This document shows, piece by piece, positions 53,335 through 58,244 of a stretch of 58,244 bases of DNA. Source of the stretch: Pocillopora damicornis (Eukaryota); NCBI RefSeq assembly GCF_003704095.1, contig NW_020844169.1, forward strand, positions 310,001 through 368,244, in the 5' to 3' direction. Position 1 is the stretch's first letter. The number at the start of each line of letters is the position of its first letter. Below the pieces are notes generated by a model. That model worked only from the letters and a program-made list of their open reading frames with translations. It searched no databases and was not told the origin of the DNA. Position numbers and translations under genes: made by a program.

Positions 53335-56300
53335 CTTTTAAACGACTTTCAGAAATTTCCAAGCTACACAAGAATTCAAGAAATATGATTTTTCCAGGCA
53401 AAGTGCTGTTTCATTTGGCTAATTTACCGCTTAAATATTTAATCTCATCAAGGCAGTTTTTAACAGCCCTGTTTAAATCTAATAAAGCTGTGCAAATACA
53501 AAAAAATGCTTCCCTTATCTACGACTACATAAAGGATAAAGGAATATGTTATTCTATTCGTTAATTCAGAACAATGGGGCGAAAATCTAATTCTCCCTAC
53601 AAGGAATCGAGCCCTAGAATTTCGGATTCGGCGCTCCGATGTTCTACAATTAAGCAGCAGAGAATTCTAGGGAGAGCCGGCCGAGCTATTACTGCGTTCA
53701 AATGTAACACGTGTCTTAGATACTCCAGATCCGTTCGAATGCATTACAGACGGAGAACTAATCACAGTGCGGAAAATATTAGAAGTGTCACTAATAAGTG
53801 ATTCATGAGCCCAGGGATAAAGCGCAGAGTAAGGCGTGGAAGGGTGAACAGGGTGAATGAAGTGAGGAGTTTTAAATCGGAGTGCAAGGGAAATAAACTT
53901 TAGATCTGCGGCATTGCAACGCATTCGAAGGTGTGGTTGATGTAAAAGGTCAATGCATGGGGAACCATTATCGAATATCCCTGTTGAGTAAGATCACGAT
54001 CAACTTAAAAGAAAGTTTAATTTCCAGCTGAGTAGTGTCGAGAGCTGCCTAAGTAGCTCCAGGTAACATTTTGCTAAAATATTTTCTCCAGTGTCAAGTG
54101 TATTTTACTATCAGCTCACTCTGAGAAAAGACGAATAAAAATCAAATGAGGAAGTAGTAGCGATCACGATCACAAAATCGTCCGATTCTCTGTTGATTTT
54201 AACGACTTTCAGCAATTTCCAAGCTACACGAGAATTCAAGAAATATGATTTTCCCGTTCATTGGCAATTGCTTGTCTGGGAGGAATATGAACCAAGTTAA
54301 CCTCGTATTTCCATGTTAGAATTGCTGAAAAGAAAAACAGGCACAGATTACGACAGGGAAGTAAATCTGACTAGGAAATTGACACCAGCACGATTCACTT
54401 TGCATGAGGTCGAATCTCCTTCCATCTCTGTCAGACATATTCGAGGTAGGTTATCATTTCTTACTTTATTCACATAGGTTATTCTCTATTTCGTAAGTTG
54501 GATTACTCCTGCTATAACATATGACGATAAAACAAAACAATAGTGTTTAGAACTGTACTGACCTCCGCCGAGCCTCGTCATCAAAAAATCAATTGACATC
54601 TGTAAAGTTTGATTTAAATCAAGCAAAGCAGCTCTCATCCAAGGTGCTCTTTCATTTGGCTAATTCACCGCTAAGTGTATCCAAAACTGAGAGGAAAGAT
54701 TAATTTTCAGCTGAGTAGTGTCGAGAGGTATCTAGGTACCTCCAGGTAACATTTTGTTTAAATATTTTCTTCAGTGTCAGGAGAATTTTGCCATCAGCTG
54801 AGTCTAAGACAAGAAAAAGAAAGCTGATACGGGGAAGTAGTTGCGATCACGATCACAAAATCGCCCAATTACTCTGTTAGTTTTAACGACTTTCAGGAAT
54901 TTCTAGGCTACACAAGAATTCAAGAAATATAATTTTTCCGTTTATGAGCAAGTCTTTATCAGGGAGGAATATGAACCAAGTTAAACTCATATTTCTATGT
55001 TAGGATTGCCGAAAAGAAACATAGGCGCAGATCACGACAGGGAAGTTAATCTGACTAGGAAACTGACACCAGCACGATTCACTTTGCATGAAGTCGAATC
55101 TCCTTCGATCTCTGTCTGACATATACGAGGTAGGTTATCATTTCTTCCTTTATTAACATAAGCTATTCTCTATTTCGTAACTTGGATTACTCCTGCTATA
55201 AAATATGATGATAAAACAAAACATTAGTGTTTAGAACTGTACTGGCCTCCGCTAAGCCTTGTTATTAAGAAATCAGTTGACCACTGTAAAGTTTGATGTA
55301 AATCAAGAAAAAGCAGCTCTTATCCAGAATGCTGTTCCATTTGGCTAATTCGCCGTTTAAATGTTTAGTCTCATCAAGGCGAGTATAAACGACCCCGTTT
55401 AAATCTAATAAAGCTATGCAAATACAAAAAAATGCTTCTCTTATCTACGACTTTATGACGGGTAAAGAAATTTGTTATTCGTTTATTCATAAGAATGGGG
55501 CAAAAATCTACTTCCCTACAAGGAATCGAACCCCAGATCTTCGGATTCGGCACTCCGATGTTCTACAACTAAGCTGCAGAGTTCTATGGAGAGCCGGCCG
55601 TGCTATTACTGTGTTCAAATGTAACACGTGTCTTTAGACTTTTAGGATTGCTGAAAAGAAACACAGGCACAGATTACGACAGGGAAGTAAAGCTGACTAG
55701 GAAATTGACACCAGCACGATTCACTTTGCATGAAGTCGAATCTCCTTCTATCTCTGTCTGACATATACGAGGTAGGTTATCATTTCTTCCTATATTTGTA
55801 TAAGTTATTCTCTATTTCATAAGTTGGATTACTCCTGCTATAAAATATGGTAATAAAACAAAACATTAGTGTTTAGAACTGTACTGGCCTCTGGTGAGCC
55901 TTGTCATTAAGAAATCAGTTGACCACCGTATGGTTTGATGTAAGTCAAGAAAAAGCAGCTCTTATCCAGAGTGCTGTTTCATTTGGCTAATTTATCGCTT
56001 AAATATTTGATCTCATCAAAGCAGGTTTTAACAACCTTGTTTAAATCTAATAAAGCTGTGCAAATACCGAAAAACAATGCTTTTCTTATCTGCGACTTTA
56101 TGACGGATAAAAAATTTGTTATTAGTTTATTCATCAGAATGGGGCAAAAATCTAATTTCCCTTGAAGGAATCAAGCTCCAGATTTTCGGATTCGGCGCTC
56201 CGATATTCTACAACTAAGCTGCGTAGAATTCTTTGGAGAGCTGGCCGAGCTATTACTGCGTTCCAATATAACACGTGTCCTGGATACTCTACATCCGTTC

Positions 56301-58244
56301 GAATGCATTTCAGACAGTAAACTAAACACAACGGGAAATTAATGACAGTGTAACTAATAAATGATTCATGAACCCAGGAGTAAGACGCAGAGTAAGGCGT
56401 AGAAGGGAGAACAAATTGAATGAAGTGAGGAGTTTTAAGTCGGATTGTAAGGGGAATAAACTTTAGATCTGCGCTATTGCAACTCATTCGAAGGTACGGT
56501 TGATGTAAAAGGTCAATGCATGGAGGATTATTATCAAATATTCTTGTTGAATAAGATCACGATCAACTTAAAGGAAAGTTTAATTTCAGCTGAGTAGTGT
56601 CGAGAGGTGACTATGTAGCTCCAGGTAACATTTTGCTAAAATATTTTCTCCAGTGTCAAGTTTATTTTACTCTCAGCTCACTCTGAGATAAGACGAATAA
56701 AAATCATATGGGGAAGTAGCAGCGATCACGATCACAAAATCGTCCAATTCTCTGTTAATTTTAACGACTTTCAATAATTTCCAAGCTACACGAGAATTCA
56801 AGAAATATGATTTTCCCGTTCATTGACAATTGCTTGTCAGGAAAGAATATGAACCAAGTTAACCTCGTATTTCCATGTTAGGATCGCTAAAAAGAAAAAC
56901 AGGCGCAGATTCCGACAGGGAAGTAAATCTGACTAGGAAATTGACACCAGCACGATTCACTTTGCTTGAAGTCAAATCTTCTTCCATCTCTGTCAGACAT
57001 ATTCGAGGTAGGTTATCATTTCTTCCTTTATTCACATAAGTTATTCTCTATTCCGTAAGTTGGATTACTCCTGCTATAAAATATGATGATAAAACAAAAC
57101 ATTAGTGTTTAGAACTGTACTGACCTCTGCTGAGCCTTGTCACCAAAAAATCAATTGACAACTGTAAAGTTTGATTCAAATCAAGCAAAGCAGCTCTTAT
57201 TTAGAGTGCTGTTTTATTTGGCTAATTCACCGCTTAAGTGTTTAATCTTATCGAGGCAAGTTTTAACAGCCTCGTTTACATCTTATAAGCTGTGCAAATA
57301 CAAAAAATGCTTCTCTTATCAGCAACTATATGACGGATAAAGAAATATGTTATTCGTTTATTCAAAAGAATGAGGCGAAAATCTAATTTCCCTACAAGGA
57401 ATCGAGCCCCAGATCTTCGGATTCGGCGCTCCGATGTTCTACAACTAAGCTGCAGCAAATTCTATGGAGAGCCGGCCGAGCCATTACTGCGTTCTAATGT
57501 AACACGCGACTTGGATACACTAGATCCGTTGGTGAAAGCATTACAGACGGCAAACTAAACACAACGGGAAATTAATAACAGTGTAACTAATAAATGACTC
57601 ATGAGCCCAGGGGTAAGACGCAGAGTAAGGCGTGGAAGGGAGAATAAGATGAATGAAGCGAGGAGTTTCAGTCGAAGTGCAAGGGGAATATTAAAATTTT
57701 ACTGAGATATGCACCATGGCAATGCATTCGAAAGTTCGGTATATGTAAAAGATCAGTGCATGGAGAACCATTATCAAATATCCCTGTTGAATAAGATCTC
57801 AATCAACTTAAAGGAAAGTCTATTTTTCTAGCTGAACAGTGTCGAGAGGTGTTTAAATAGCTCCAGGTAATATTTTGTTTAAATATTTTCTTCAGTATTA
57901 AGAGATTTTGCCATCAGCTCACACTGAGACAAGAAAAAGAAACCTGATATGGGAAAGTAGTAGCGATCACGATCACAAAATCGTCAAATTTCTCTGTTAA
58001 TTTTAACGAATTTCAGAAATTTCTAGGCTACACGAGAATTCAAGGGATAGAATTTTCCCGTTCATTGGCAAGTCTTTGTCAGGGAGGAATGTGAACCGGG
58101 TTAAACTCGTTTCCATGTAAGGATTGCTGAAAAGAAACACAGGCACAGATTCCAACAATACCAAAGTAAAGCTGACTAGGAAATTGACACCAGCACGATT
58201 TACTTTGCATGAAGTCGAATCTCCTTCTATCTCTGTCTGACATA
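53335..58244. repeat. Irregular tandem array, ~1.24-kb unit, with full and deleted copies; runs off the right edge
   Basis: Marker GATCACGATCACAAAATCG at ~54162, 54845, 56724 and 57965 (full period ~1241 bp). Marker GACACCAGCACGATT appears five times. tRNA-like module on the minus strand at ~53593-53660, 55513-55580, 56158-56226 and 57389-57455. Confidence 0.9.

Noticed and set aside
55110-55125. In-frame TGA in the 126-nt module as a possible selenocysteine codon
   Set aside because: It alternates with AGA (Arg), not Cys, and I see no SECIS element.
57083-57135. ATGATGA...CTGA...CTGA in the array, resembling C/D-box snoRNA boxes
   Set aside because: Span is only ~50 nt and the boxes are mutated in other copies (ATGACGA, ATGGTAA, CTGG), so they are not conserved.
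53593-57455. tRNA genes in the array and at 34.6-34.9 kb
   Set aside because: 8-nt anticodon-like loop, degenerate A/B boxes and no proper acceptor stem; treated as tRNA-derived repeats.

Overview
AT-rich, intron-rich animal genomic DNA. The repeat families and gene content suggest a cnidarian, most likely a stony coral (inference, not a database result). Left to right: (1) the 5' 11 coding exons of a NOSTRIN-like F-BAR gene on the minus strand, running off the left edge. (2) Five intronless SLC32/VIAAT-like (Aa_trans family) amino acid transporter genes (three minus, two plus; 8.5-25.1 kb). (3) A 10-exon homeodomain-containing ceramide synthase (minus), head-to-head with (4) a 16-exon BBS5 (plus). 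(5) A 3-exon ORMDL (minus). (6) An irregular ~1.24-kb-unit tandem array from ~53.3 kb to the right edge. Introns and spacers hold ~15 TTAA-flanked piggyBac-like MITEs, hAT-, pogo- and Harbinger-like non-autonomous elements, tRNA-derived repeats, decayed hammerhead-like palindromes and one young poly(A) retro-insertion. Main leads: all five transporters keep an acidic-dileucine lysosomal/vacuolar sorting motif; the fifth has lost key transport residues; the CerS homeodomain keeps a canonical WF-K50-N51-RR recognition helix; CERS-NOSTRIN-BBS5 linkage mirrors human 2q; and the terminal array repeats a frame-preserving 126-nt exon-like module. Exon boundaries were read by hand from GT-AG sites and frame continuity; no searches were run.
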